DNA of 64,000 nucleotides, taken from Eledone cirrhosa (lineage: Eukaryota). Made by a program: the position numbers and the translations under genes. The stretch lies in the NCBI GenBank assembly GCA_964016885.1, contig OZ024740.1, forward strand, positions 374,232,001-374,296,000. The letters run 5' to 3'. Positions 1 through 13,927 of the stretch are shown here, piece by piece. Position 1 is the stretch's first letter. Every line of letters starts with the position of its first letter. The notes beneath the pieces were generated by a model. It did not search any database. It worked only from the letters and a program-made list of their open reading frames with translations, and had not been told where the DNA came from.

Positions 1-358
1 CTACCATATTGTTTGTTTACTTTTTCCTTTTCGCTCTGTCTCGATAACTTAATTTAGTTATCGTTCGCACTGATTTCAGTTGTCTAGTCGTTAATGCGAA
101 GAAATACCAATGATAACAGCAGACTATTGATGATGGACAGTCCTGTTTCTCCGTCTATTTTCATTCATATGTTCACATTCGCAACAACGTAGCACGCCAT
201 TTTTCATTCACATATATATTTTCCCCTCACTGTGGTTCGTATTTTTTCTGTCACATTACTGCTATCCTATTTCTCTCTAAAATAAATATAAAATAGGGTA
301 TTAAATAAAAAACGCATATCTGTATTTGTATGCGTACCCACAACATCCATCTCACTAG

Positions 359-421
359 CAATAAAGTACTAGTTATTCACTGAGATAATTGCTGGTCTTG
401 TACCTAAAGTAGAAACAATTA
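359..421 (+). mobile_element. 3' fragment of tRNA-derived SINE
   Basis: Matches the 3' part (ataaagtac...attgctgg.cttgt.cc.aaagtagaaacaatt) of fuller copies in the window. Confidence 0.6.
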
Positions 422-1086
422 TTAGATGTCTGTAATATATTTTTTATTTTATTTTCTTAGTGGCTCAGTATCGCAGTGTGTGTTTTTATGTCTAGTGTAA
501 GGTATATGTGATGAATTAAAATTTGATAAAATATCATACAAAGCAAATACAAAGATATACGAAAACAATTAACGTATACATATATATAGAATCATTAGAA
601 CATCTGACTGATAAAAGCACAAGTCAGTCAATCATATTGGTGGCCTCACCACAGACCGGGCTGACAGAATGGAGGAGGTGTTTCCCCGGAGGAGGGCAAA
701 GGACCGGCGCTGGAAAAGCCATTCCATCTCGCGAGGCTCACACCTGCGGCTGGCCAACTCAGTGCTTATGGTGGTGAGTAGGGAGGTAGCCATAGGGCCG
801 AAGACAGCAGAAGTCTCCTAGGATTGATTTTCCTTTTGTAACATTATGTCTTTACCCCTTTACATTTCATCACCCCTGCATTCTTGTATTGCCTTATCCC
901 TTAATGCTTACTTCAAACAATGTACCAGCGGACCGCAGGCAGATTGTTCGACACGCATGGATGCGTACGACAACTTGACCGAGATGGCGATAATAGCCGC
1001 TAAATTATAGGAAACCACCTGCTGTGATCTGACCGAAAACAAACCAACAAATAAATAGGATGACACACCAATATGATAGAATTAAT

Positions 1087-1199
1087 TGTTTCTACTTTTG
1101 GCACAAGGCCAGCAATTACACAGTACATTACTAGTACTTTATTTTATCGACCCCGTAAGGATGAAAGGCAAATTCAACCTCGGCGGGATTTGAACTCAG
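1087..1199 (-). mobile_element. 5'-truncated SINE (MetaSINE-like core) with 20-bp target-site duplication
   Basis: Contains the B-box-like gagttcaaatccc and the core gccgagg..aa.ttgcctttcatccttacggggtcgataaaat. Flanked by identical accaatatgatagaattaat at 1067-1086 and 1200-1219. Confidence 0.85.
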
Positions 1200-1664
1200 A
1201 CCAATATGATAGAATTAATGGTAACATATAAGAAGGAATAAGGATAATATTCAAACACTCTCAGATGCGGGTCCACATGTTAAAACAATACTGAGTCAGG
1301 TTCGATCATAAATAGAACGAGCTGATCGACAGTGAATGATATGTAATATGTAATTAAATATGTATATGATGCAACAATGATTCTTTGTTCCCTTATATAT
1401 TAATTATATTGATAATCTGCTCCTCAAGCCATACCGCCTAAGAGACTCCGCATAGATCTTTCGTTTTTGTTTTGAACAGTTTTTGCTTGCATTTGAAAAG
1501 AGGGTTTTAGTCCAGAAATACATTAGGTAAACACTTATTTGCTTTGTTTTAGTTCTCATCATTGGCACTTTATATATTTCCACCTGCCAGTACAGGTTTT
1601 CTAAAATTATCAGTGATCTCCTACATATCTCACAATGCTTCTATATATACATTAATACTCTTAC

Positions 1665-1712
1665 ACACACACACATCACCCCCCCCCCCACACACACACA
1701 CATGCACACACA

Positions 1713-1765
<53 letters not shown>

Positions 1766-1787
1766 GTGTGTGCGTGTGTGTGTGTGT
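1665..1787. repeat. Compound (CA)n/(TA)n/(TG)n microsatellite
   Basis: Directly visible. Confidence 0.9.
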
Positions 1788-2107
1788 CTATTAGTGGCTT
1801 CCACAAAATTTCTTCTGTAATATTTCTCTTACAATCTAAATTGTTAGACTGTGTCTAATGTAGATTCAAAAAACACGTTTGTGCAACCCTTGACAAAGTA
1901 TATTGCAGTATTTACAGAATCATTATATTTCCCATGTCTTCAGTTCATGATAGGGTTAGGTTTTTTAAATAGTATATCGATAACATACTAGTATGAACTG
2001 AGGGGTATTGAAACAAATATTTGAATTCAAAAAGTATTTGTATGCTTGAGCCGGAATTAGAATATAGTTTTCGTTGTTTCCTTCTGGTTATTATTTTAAA
2101 CTAATTT

Positions 2108-4868
2108 TAAACTCATCCTACTGAGGGACTTCAAGGCAAGAGTCGGATCTGACAGCAGCAACTAGAGAGGCGTGTTGGGAGCTCACGGCACAGGGAAGCT
2201 GAACTCTACCGGCCTCATACTGTTGAGTTTCTGCGCCAAGAACCACCTCACTATCACCAGCACACTGTTGCGCCAGGAAGACAAGTTCAAGACGACATGG
2301 ATGCACCCCAGATCAAAACAATGGCATCTGATTGACTTTGCCGTATGCCGCAGGAGGGACATCCTTGACGTCAGAATCACCAGGGCCATGCGTGATGTAG
2401 AGTGTTGAATTGACCATCGCCTTGTCAGGACCATCCTGTCATTGCACATCACCCCGACGCATCGCAAGGCTCCGAAACTCGGTAGGCCAGCTTTCGACGT
2501 CGCACGACTCAAGCAGCCAGAGCATCGTGATGCGTTCGCGGAAGACCTGGACGGCCGGCTGACTGCCCATGGACCACTGACCGGACGCCCAACTCAACAG
2601 TGGGACCAGTTCAGGTCGCTGGTGACAGAGTCACCCAAGGCAACCATCGGACCGAGGAAGAGAGTCCACCAGGACTGGTTTGAAGAAAACGGTGAGCGCA
2701 TCAGACAACTCCTGGACGGCTTTCATTGAGCGGCAGAATGACAGCTCCTCCACCTCGAAGCGCGACCGCTTCAAGCACCTCCAGAGGCAGACACAAGCAG
2801 CGCTACGCAGAATGCAGGACAAGTGGTGGGAAAAGAAGGCCGTAGAAGTCGAGAGATACGCTGACACAAAGAATTCCAAGGTGTGCTTCAGCGCCATCGG
2901 GGACGTGTACGGACTCCCCAAGTCTAGCACCACCCAGCTGCTCTCTGCTGACGGCTCGATCCTGCTGAAGGAGAAGAGAAGCATCAACCAGAGGTGGAGA
3001 GAGCACTTCAGCAACCTGCTCAACAGGCCCTCCACTGTAGACCCTGCCACTCTCGACCAGGTCCCGCAGATGCCCGTAGTCGGCAGCCTCGACCTCCTCC
3101 TCACGTTGGATAAAGTCACGAAGGCAATCAACCAGACCAGCTCAGGAAAGGCCCCTGGGAAAGACGGGATTACTGCCGAAATATTCAAATCGGCCGGTCC
3201 AGCTGCCCTGGGGGCCCTCCAAACCCTTCTCGTCAGCATATGGGAGGAAGAATAGGTGCCCAAATACTTCAGGGATGCAATATTTTTCTCGCGTTTTAAG
3301 AACAAAGGCAGCAAAACTGACTGTGGGAACTATCGGGACATTTCTCTCCTGTCCATCGCTGGGAAGGTCATGCTCAACCGCCTCATTGCCAAGATCTCGG
3401 AGGACAACCTGCCTGAAGCCCAGTGTGGGTTCCGGCGAAACCGCAGCACGATTGACATGATCTTCTCTGTACGCCAGGTGCATGAGAAATGTGTCGAGCA
3501 GAACATGGACCTCTTTGCCGTCTTCATATACTTGACGAAGGCATTCGACACTGCAAACAGGGAATCCCTCTGGTCGATCCTGACGAAGTTTGGATGCCCA
3601 ACAAAGTTTGTGAACCTGAACGGCAATTCCATGACGACATGACCGGGCAGGTGTGCTCGGTCGGAGAGGCATCGGATCCTTCGGAATCACCAACGGCGTC
3701 AAGCATGGATGCGTGCTAGCTCCCGTCCTCTTCAACCTGTTCTTCACCCGCGTGCTCAATCATGCCGTCGGGGAACACGAGTCCGGAGTGTATCTGTGAT
3801 TCAGACTGGACGGCTCCCTGTTTGACCTGCAACGCCTGACGGCCAATACAAGGACCGTGCAGAGGATCGTCCTGGAGGCACTTTTTGCTGGCGACTGTGC
3901 CCTCATGGCCCACATGAAGTCTGACCTCCAACTCATCATCAATGAGTTCGGGGAGGCCCCTCCCTCTTTGGTCTCACAATTGGCCTTGACAAGACTGTGA
4001 TCCTGTTCCAGCCTGCACATGCCTCAATCGCCCACCCTCCTTCAGTCTCCATCGGAGGCACCAAGTTAAAGAAGTTGTACGACTTCAAGTGCCTCGGCAG
4101 TGTCATTCGCAGCGATGGAAGCCTCGACAAGGAGATAAACGCCAGAAACTTGCAAGGCCAGTCAAGCCCTCAGCCGCCTGAGAACACACGTTCTGAACCA
4201 GCACAACTTCAGGCAGTCCACCAAGCCCAAGGTGTACAGGGCCGTTATTCTCAGCAGCCTCCTCTACGGATGTGAGACATGGACTCTGTACAGAAGGCAC
4301 CTGAAGCAGCTGGAACGGTTCCACATGCGCAGCCTGCGGTCAATTATGAACATCAAATGGCAGTCAAGGTCTCGAGCATCGAAGTTCTTGACATGGCTGA
4401 GACAACCAGTGTCGAAGCTATGATACTGAAGAGCCAACTTCGATGGGTGGGACATGTCATCCGGATGGACAATCACAGGCCTCCGAAGCAACTGATATAT
4501 GGGGAAAATGAAAACGGAGCAGGCCTCTCAAGAGTTTCAAAGACTGCGTGGATTCCAGTATCAACAACTCTGAAATTGCGCCAAAACAACTCGAGTCTCA
4601 ATCTCAGGACAGGGCTGAGTGGCGATCCCTTACCAGACGCGTCAAAGACTCTTTTGAAGAGAAGAGACGGGCAGAGGTCCATGAGGCCCGTGAAAGTAGG
4701 AGAAAGGCAGCAACAGCTGCCCCAAGAGACTCCGGTCTCTTCCCCTGTCCCCACTGTCCACGGACCTAGAAGTGAAGGATCGGCCTCCACAGTCACCTTC
4801 GTGCCCATGGCAGACGGGAACTAAAGTAAAGAAGATGTCATCATCGTTTACGATGGACAATCATGAAG
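2108..4868 (+). mobile_element. RTE-clade (RTE/BovB-like) LINE, 5'-truncated, ORF disrupted by frameshifts and stops
   Basis: Successive ORF pieces give APE endonuclease motifs (KLILL.DF.ARV, TTWMHPRSKQWHLIDF), RT motifs (GKAPGKDGITAEIFK, CGNYRDISLLS, QCGFRRNRSTIDMIF, LTKAFD, degenerate LFAGDCAL), LLYGCETWTLY, QLRWVGHVIRM and a C-terminal CPHC...HSH..H finger. A short 3' UTR hairpin (gtcatcatcgtttacgatggac) follows. Confidence 0.93.
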
Positions 4869-6689
4869 GATCTAAATCCAGAACTATTGTAAAATATGTT
4901 AACTTTATTTAATGAAAGTTAGTGTGATTTTAGGCTCATTTGTCTGCAATGGCTAGGAGTCGGGTAAGGACATAAATAAGTAACACACTCCTTGTTCTGG
5001 AAGTATACAATCGGCAAACACCAGTTTATATTTATGTCATTGCTGTTGCTGTGGTTTTTTAAGCCCCAGCGATTCAGCCATAATTAAGATGTTTAGCTCT
5101 GAAATTATCATCTTATCTCTAATTGAATTATCCAATATTCCATCTAACATTTCAGGGATTTGATGGTGTTGTTGAGAGATTTCTGACAATTATTTCTAGC
5201 AGGTCAAGCACTCCTATACACTCTTCATCGTTGCCTCGTAACATACGATGTCACGTTCTCTCAAAGATAACACACAGTATTAACTCGGTTGGTTAAACTC
5301 ATTACATAGTGTGAGTTGTATTCTAATTTACGACTACATGCGATGCTTACATTAATTCTTCTTGTCATTGATGTCAACGTTGTTGCTGTTGTTATTATTC
5401 CATTTTGTTGTTCATGTTCTTGCTGATGTTGATTTGTGTTTTTCCTATTGTTTATTTGATTTTATTTGTTATTATCTATCATGTTGCCTTTTTTTCTTTT
5501 TGTTCAGTGCGATTGATTCGTCTCGTGGAACATTTGCATCGTTGTGTATTATTGTTGCTGTTGTGGTGTTTTTGTTCTCTTTTGTTTAAATAATTTTATT
5601 GTTTCTGTTGATGTTATTTATATTGTTGCTGATGCTGTTACTGGTGTTATTAATCAGTTTTAGTTCAACCCTAATGGAACAAAGATATCATCATATCTTC
5701 AAGCATCATGTTTTCCTTTTTCACTCCTTAGATATTATGTATCTAGGTCTATAATATAAAATGCGTATGTTGTTTTGTTGTAAGATGGTAGGCTGTGATT
5801 TAAGAGAGAGATGTCAGCTATTCCTGTCAGATAGAGCGACATTGCAGTAAATTACACGACGATTCGTTGAGGATATGGTATATTGTAGAGTGTTTTAATA
5901 TTTCTACTACCTGTATAGCAATATTTACCCCGTCGTTAATTGTTCAATTCGAACTTGAAGAGAATGTTGGTGGATTGAGATGGAATATAGAAATGAATTT
6001 TGTTAATCTCAGCCAAATAGTACACGAGGATATGATTTTATTACTGTAGTCTAGCAAGCAATTATTGAACTTCATATCGCTGCTGCAATTCCAGCTGATT
6101 TTGTTATTACTATCTATTAAACCCATATTCACACAAATTAACCAAATCAAAGATCAATGCCATTCAAACCAAAAATACTGTGTGCTCTTTTCTTATTTTC
6201 GATAATGGGATGTATTTGGATGGGGTTTACTTTCTCTCTCTAGAATGTTGGGCTCCTAGATAAAGGCTGTCTGGCAGTAATGTAGACATACGTGAGTACA
6301 GTTGTAGAGCCAGTAGTTAGACATAATAATATTGCAATTTTAAAGGTTTATTGCGAGCTACTGTCACCAACCTCTTAGCAATTAAACGTCCTTTATTCGG
6401 TAACACAAATATGTTGTTCTTTTTGCTGTTTGTGTATTAAGATTATCTGCAAGCTTACATATTGAATCACAAAATACTTTTCTTTATTTTATAATTCATA
6501 TTTTGGGTAGTTGTCATTAACGCAGTATTAATGTGTTGCTGTCAGCATTCTTTCAATTAAAATCTAGCGCAGCCGTCAATTAATTTGATGATGACATTAT
6601 TTCCTTTATTTCCTCAGCATATCATTGTCCTTCTGGCGATATGTGGATTAGTAGATAGTAAACAGTCTCTTGCAGACGTACCTGTCAAG

Positions 6690-9600
6690 GGCATACAGTG
6701 TGGATTTTGGTCTGCCAAAATAGAAAATAAAAATAAATAAGAAATTCAATAGAGTCAGTAAAATCACCAAAATAACCTATATCCTCCATTAGCCATTCAA
6801 AATGTGCAGCAATTCCAACGTTCTTTATCTCCAACTCTACCACCAAACGGATAGGCAGCATGGATTACTCAACATACTCGTTCCTCTTTATTGAGTATAC
6901 CAATATCCGGTCGGAGATATTTCATTTGCCTATCTGAGTCATAGTACTATTACATGACTCTAGTTACATCACTATTTAGCATGCTCAAATTAAACTTTTA
7001 ACGCATTCACCATCATAGAATTGTAGCAACTTTGTCGCCAAACCAATTCTCATAATCCTGTTGAGCAAGCATCTTAAATTGAGAGACCACATTCACCAAC
7101 GACTCTTCTTTATTCGACATTCTACGTGCAGTCAAAATGTCTTCCTTATCTCTGCTCTTCCATGTCTATCTAGTTCTGATTGTTTCATTTTGCCTGGTTA
7201 AGTTTAAAACAAATTTTCCCTTTAGAGTTCATATTTAGCCACATTAGTGACGTCTTATTTTGATGGCTAACAGTATTTTGGAAAGAAAAAAACTTTCCGT
7301 TACAACTTTTTCTCCTCATATCGTTGATTTTTAGGTTTGAAGACTACACTTTTTCCTTTCGTTTACATAATATCTTCAAAATCAGCATTTTTTATTTCAA
7401 AATCTCTAAGTCTAACGTCACAGTTTTCTACGCGTATCACGCATCGCTACCCATTCTCCTCCAGACCATATAATATGTCTGTAAGACGGAGCATATCTGT
7501 TCCCCCTCAGTTGTCTTTCTAATTAACCGCTGATTTTGAAAAAGCAAACTCAATGCCGATGTCATTCCTAAGGGCTCAGTACAAGGCGACAATGGTCTCC
7601 AAATTGCTTCTTGCTATTACCGTAGAGTTTGATCATCATGTAAATTTTGTCTATAACATGTTGGCTCATTCATGAGAAGCAAAAGGTTGACACACTCCCG
7701 GCTTTCCATAGAGTATATCCGCTTTGTATTTTTCTTCAATTTAGCGATAGTGGTATAAGAGCAGTGACAAATTAGGGGTGATAGGCTATCAATTTGGAAA
7801 AACTCTCGATCTATTTGACTCCCCCAAAATGGGTGTCCCTTGGCTTAACGTTTATAATGGGATAAATGTATTTTGTTTTCAATTAAGCACTCCTGTTGTG
7901 TGTTTACGTAGCTGGCATACTGTTTTCTTTAGATGTTTTTGTGTATTGACTTTTCTATTCATTTTTCTTTCACTTTTAAAATCTGGGTCAAGTGGCTCTG
8001 TATTCTATTCATTCAAGTCTTTCAGATAGTTTTTTCTATCCTTTGTTTATTTTGAAAGGGCTCATTCTTTCGGAATTGTTTTATCTTCTTACCGGATTTT
8101 GCTATATGTATTGCAGTCCGACCTTGCGTTTTAATGTTGTATTTTTACTTTACTGCTACTTTCTTTCATTGCATATGTTGTCATCAATTTCTCTTGCATG
8201 TTTTGATCTTTGAATTATTTATTTCTCATGTTTCATGTTCCAGTATCGCTTTTAATAGTCAATCAGTCGTTTCTACTACTAAGATTTCGTTTCCTTTCCT
8301 ATTTGCCTACATCTCAACAAATATGACGTGACATACTAAGATACCCACTGCTCTATATAACTTGTTAGGGAATTCCAGATATGTTTCGTAAACATTCAAA
8401 CATTAACCAATGTTAATGCTTGTTGCTATAATGTTTTTCTATTTATGAACATCTTGTTTGTACAGTTGTCAGTTTCAGGCCTAGTTAACTCATCTAATGT
8501 CACATTAAACACTCAGGATTTCCACTTAATCTATGTGCTCATATTATTTCACTAACGGCTATGTTATTATTATGTTGTGTTCCATTATTATCCACTAATC
8601 TCACATACCTCTGTTTTGTTATCGTTTCTTTTAATTTAAAAAGGTTTAAACCTCATTATAGTCATCATGTTAGGGATACTATTTTCGTCGATCTCTCTAC
8701 CTTAATCTTTAATTTACACGTCCGATGAACATCCGTTCTTCTTGATTGCTTGTCCATAGATATCCTGGCTTTATGTATTTATTTCAAATGCGTTTACTAT
8801 ATATATCTAATATAACAATTAGTGACAATCCCATTCATTTCTTTCTCATTCGTTTACCGATGTGAAGATTTGGTGGAAAGTTTACCTGAGTAGATTCACA
8901 TCACCATGATCTGTCATAGGGAATACCTTTCTGTGTTATCTAAATTATAGCTATTTATTTCACTCATGTTGAATATTGCGTCTTTCGAAATCATATTTCT
9001 GTATAGGTTGTCACGTAAGATATGAATTAGGTATAACTAACTTAGACAAACCAAATAGTGCTGCGCTGGTTTTCACAACATAATGTATATCTTACAATTA
9101 ACCATGAGTAGGTTATCTCGAGATACACCGCACCTGTAGCACGTTTCCACCTATGTACAATGGAGCTTATCCAGCATTTCTCTCAACATACATCCTACAT
9201 GCAACCGAGATACCTCCCTTAACAATCTACTTTCTTTTACATCTGTTTCTGATAGCTTCATTCTGTGCCGCTAGATATAAGCCATATGCCACTCTCTACA
9301 GAGTTCCCTTTTTAGACAGCTCAATGTTACATTTCAGTATCTTGAAAAATAAAACTTTCCGTGAAAGATTTTTCCCTTATATCATTGGTTTATTATCCTT
9401 TAACTAATATCCCATATTTTTATATTGCTATTTGATATTTACTTCGCCATCACAGTACAAAGCTTGTCCGCTATTCCGTCGCATTGTGAAGCATGATTAA
9501 AAGCTTATGCGATGCTGCTACTTTCCCGTCACAACTGAAAATATTAGGCATCAAGTGAGATGGTTGCAAACTCCAAGATAGATATTTCTTCGTATTTCAT

Positions 9601-9830
9601 ATGATTTCATTCGCTCCTCTTGGGGGCAATTTTCTGTGACACATCCATCGGTCTTAGGCTTGATGTTTCAGGCATTAACCTAAGAATAGTTACGCGTAAT
9701 ACAGTCGTAAAATACCTAAATACCTGTCATTTACATGTGGAATTTCTAGAAAACCAACATGGTCCTCAATTCCAAGACCACCAATCTCATTCTCTAAATA
9801 GGCAGGAAGACGACATGCTTGAGTGAAGAG
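6690..9830 (-). mobile_element. Highly decayed LINE remnant(s), probably RTE-like, possibly interrupted at ~7770-8620 by a decayed Penelope-like piece
   Basis: Only scattered degenerate RT/endonuclease-like motifs on the minus strand; no long ORF. Confidence 0.3.
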
Positions 9831-10547
9831 ATTTGATGTTGCCGATAATCGCTGGTTGATTTACTCATTAAGCCGTTCAAGTGAGGCTGTAGTGTCGGTA
9901 TTTTGATAGTTTCTTCCAAATGCCTTTAATGTGAAACTTCTCACAAATTCAGAAAATTGCATATAATTCCAAATTTACATGCGTGTCCTATGTCCAGTGT
10001 TAATGTTGTCAATCTTCAACAAATGGTGCAGACAGTACTGGCTGTGTTTTATTGTATATTTTTCTTTTAACATTTTTTACTAATATATTGCTCACTGTAT
10101 TGCTTTTATTAATTAACATGATTACACCGATTATTGTCGAGTGCGTCGTTGATTGCGTTCGTGACATTTGATATTTCTATATTTCTATTTGCTAATTTTT
10201 ATAGCTACGAAATAGAAAGGTTATTTCCCGAACTGCTATTGATGACTGTCCAAACATAAAGAAAAGGATAATGATAATAAATACGGGAAATAATTATTGC
10301 TATGCGTCGACACACATTATTTATTGAAGTAAGTGATTTTGAATAGGTTGGTTTATCGTGTGGGACAACTATTTTGATTATAGAAGTAAAAATTATTTCG
10401 GAAGGGAGAAAAAGATTTTATTAGAGAAACGAAATATCCGTGAGATTTAAATCTCTCCAAAAGTGAGCAACATATCGCACATTTTCGAGCCTCATTCACA
10501 CACACATATACACATACACACATAAAGCAATATTCTGCTTCCATAAC

Positions 10548-10574
10548 TATATATATATATATAAGTATATGTAT

Positions 10575-10638
<64 letters not shown>
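10548..10638. repeat. (TA)n microsatellite
   Basis: Directly visible. Confidence 0.95.
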
Positions 10639-10642
<4 letters not shown>

Positions 10643-10643
<1 letters not shown>

Positions 10644-11071
10644 GAATTGGTGCTCTAAAATAGCGATATATATATGAATGTATATATAATGTATTTTGCA
10701 ATACGCTGTATGCTTAATTAAAAGCATTTTGAAGATCTTACCCTATTGTTTTAAAGTGGTGACTATGTCACTTACTTCTTTTTTCAGCAAACAAAGGGAG
10801 ATAAGCTGAGAGATCTCTGTTTCGTACTGTTGGTACTACTCAGAGCTAGCACCCCCTTTGTCAGCTGAAAATTATGAACCTAGGGTACTTATAGAATTCC
10901 AGTAATAATCAGGAACTGACCACACAGAGCGGTTGCCGGTCCAACAAACATTGAAAATCAGAATTGGTGCTCTGAAATAGCGATATATTTATGAATGTAT
11001 ATATAGTGTATTTTGCAATACACTGTGTGCTTAATTAAAAGCATTTTGCATACAGTGTATTGCAAAATACA

Positions 11072-11080
<9 letters not shown>
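10643..11080 (-). mobile_element. Non-coding hammerhead-containing element (retrozyme-like / PLE pLTR derivative), 317-bp unit plus 89-bp direct repeat
   Basis: Direct repeats at 10643-10731 and 10960-11048, a short fold-back at 11048-11080, an internal hammerhead motif, and (TA)n on both sides. Confidence 0.65.
10804..10847 (-). ncRNA. Type I hammerhead ribozyme motif, two substitutions from canonical
   Basis: Minus strand reads agct-CUGAGUA-gtac caaca gtac-GAAA-cag agat ctc-UC-agct. Stems I and II pair perfectly; G8>U and one stem III mismatch. Confidence 0.65.
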
Positions 11081-11117
<37 letters not shown>

Positions 11118-11164
11118 AATGAATAATAACAGGTAGACATCATAAAAAGGTAGTTTATTCCGTG

Positions 11165-11276
11165 TGCTTACAAGTGTTTCCACGGTGGTACTGCAGCCTA
11201 GTTCCGCTACGTGCAAATTCACAAGTATTTGCAGAACTCGAATATCCAATGCTGTGACCACTGTTTCCTCAGAGCA
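11165..11276 (-). ncRNA. Type I hammerhead ribozyme with extended (85-nt) stem II
   Basis: tgct-CUGAGGA-a acagtggt...accaccgt g-GAAA-c actt-GUA-agca; stem I tgct/agca; core intact. Confidence 0.75.
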
Positions 11277-11769
11277 GAATGGTAAATATACAATGTAAAA
11301 ACCCTTAAGTGGGGTTGTTGGGGAAGATAGAGTGGAACAGGAAGAGAGAAAAGTAGGGAAGATGGAGAGAGAAGGAAAGATATGCAGGGGTTGGAGAAGT
11401 AGGAGAGAGTGGCTTGTAGATATCTTAATCAAAATGTTATGGTAGTGGTTTTATTAGTTACTTTTAGAGAGATGCGTAGATAGTTGAGGTCGGAATTATT
11501 TATTGCCCCAGAGGTCAAGTTCATAGATGTTGAGAGGGAGGTAGGTCAAAGGTGAGAGAGAGAGAGTGTAATGGATGTAGAGAGAGATATATAGGTAGAG
11601 AGGGGACAGATAAAGTATATGTGGTGAGTGAACTTTTGGTTTTGTAGTAGTAATCTAGGAATTGTACTGAGTTACCATGTATAGTGATAAGCAGTGTATT
11701 GTCTTGTAGTGTGGGGGAGAAGAGAAGGTTGTTAGCTAGAAAGTGGTGTTGTAGTTACGGGTTCGAATG

Positions 11770-13003
<1,234 letters not shown>

Positions 13004-13730
13004 CTATATACAGAGACACAAATACGAGGTCAAGTAAAAAGGATGAAGAGATATCCACTAGTTATATTCGGCAAGATGTGTCCCCATCTTATAATATTTA
13101 TTGATGGAATTTGTTATCCCATCGTTGATGTATTATATATTCTTTATTCGTATGTATAACATATAAACATTAATTGTTTATTTTTTATGTTACAGCTTTG
13201 TTAATGCTTGGTTTAAAAAATGCAACTAGAGCTACTTTACGCTATCTGTGGGAATAGGTGCTGAGAGCAAGCGCAGCGGCATAATATTTGATAGCATTGT
13301 TCCGGGAGACCAAAGTGATATTTGTAACAAGTTCAGGATCCAGAAGTATACAGAAGGGAGGACAATACCAAGTATTTATAAATATGTTGATATGTCTTCG
13401 TGAACAAACGAGATATCCTAAACTGCCAACAGATTTTGCTGCCTTTTGAAGTCTTGGAATACTTTCTTAATCGTATGGTTCATCTTGATTCACTGCAGTC
13501 TCAAGGTATACGAAGGATTCAATAATCTTAATAAGATTAACTTTCATACATATTCTATGTTGCTGCCATATTAAAGCAGGTGCAAGTTTGCAAACATCTA
13601 TAATTTTTTTTTACTATTTAAAGACCAGCCAAAGACGTCACAAACAATTGCTTCCAACTTAATATCAGTTAGTACTTTGTTTAACATCTGTTATCCTGGA
13701 TAATATAATGTGTTTGAATATCAAAATAAT

Positions 13731-13806
13731 CTAGTAGTAGTATTAGTAGCAGTACTAGTTTTAGTAGTAGCAACAGCAGAGGCAATACTACTACTACTAC
13801 TACTAC

Positions 13807-13865
<59 letters not shown>

Positions 13866-13927
13866 ACAGCAGTAGTAGTAGTAGTGATAGTAGTCGTAGG
13901 AGTAGTAGTAGTAGTAGTAGTAATAGC
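13731..13927. repeat. (TAG)n/(CTA)n trinucleotide microsatellite
   Basis: Directly visible; explains the poly-L and poly-V ORFs. Confidence 0.95.

Noticed and set aside
2631-3759. Long antisense ORFs over the RTE and Tx1 elements
   Set aside because: Expected shadows of GC-rich coding sequence; no independent motifs.
13196-13506. Possible host exon (ttacag acceptor ... aag/gtata donor)
   Set aside because: I found no frame open across the interval and no recognisable protein similarity.
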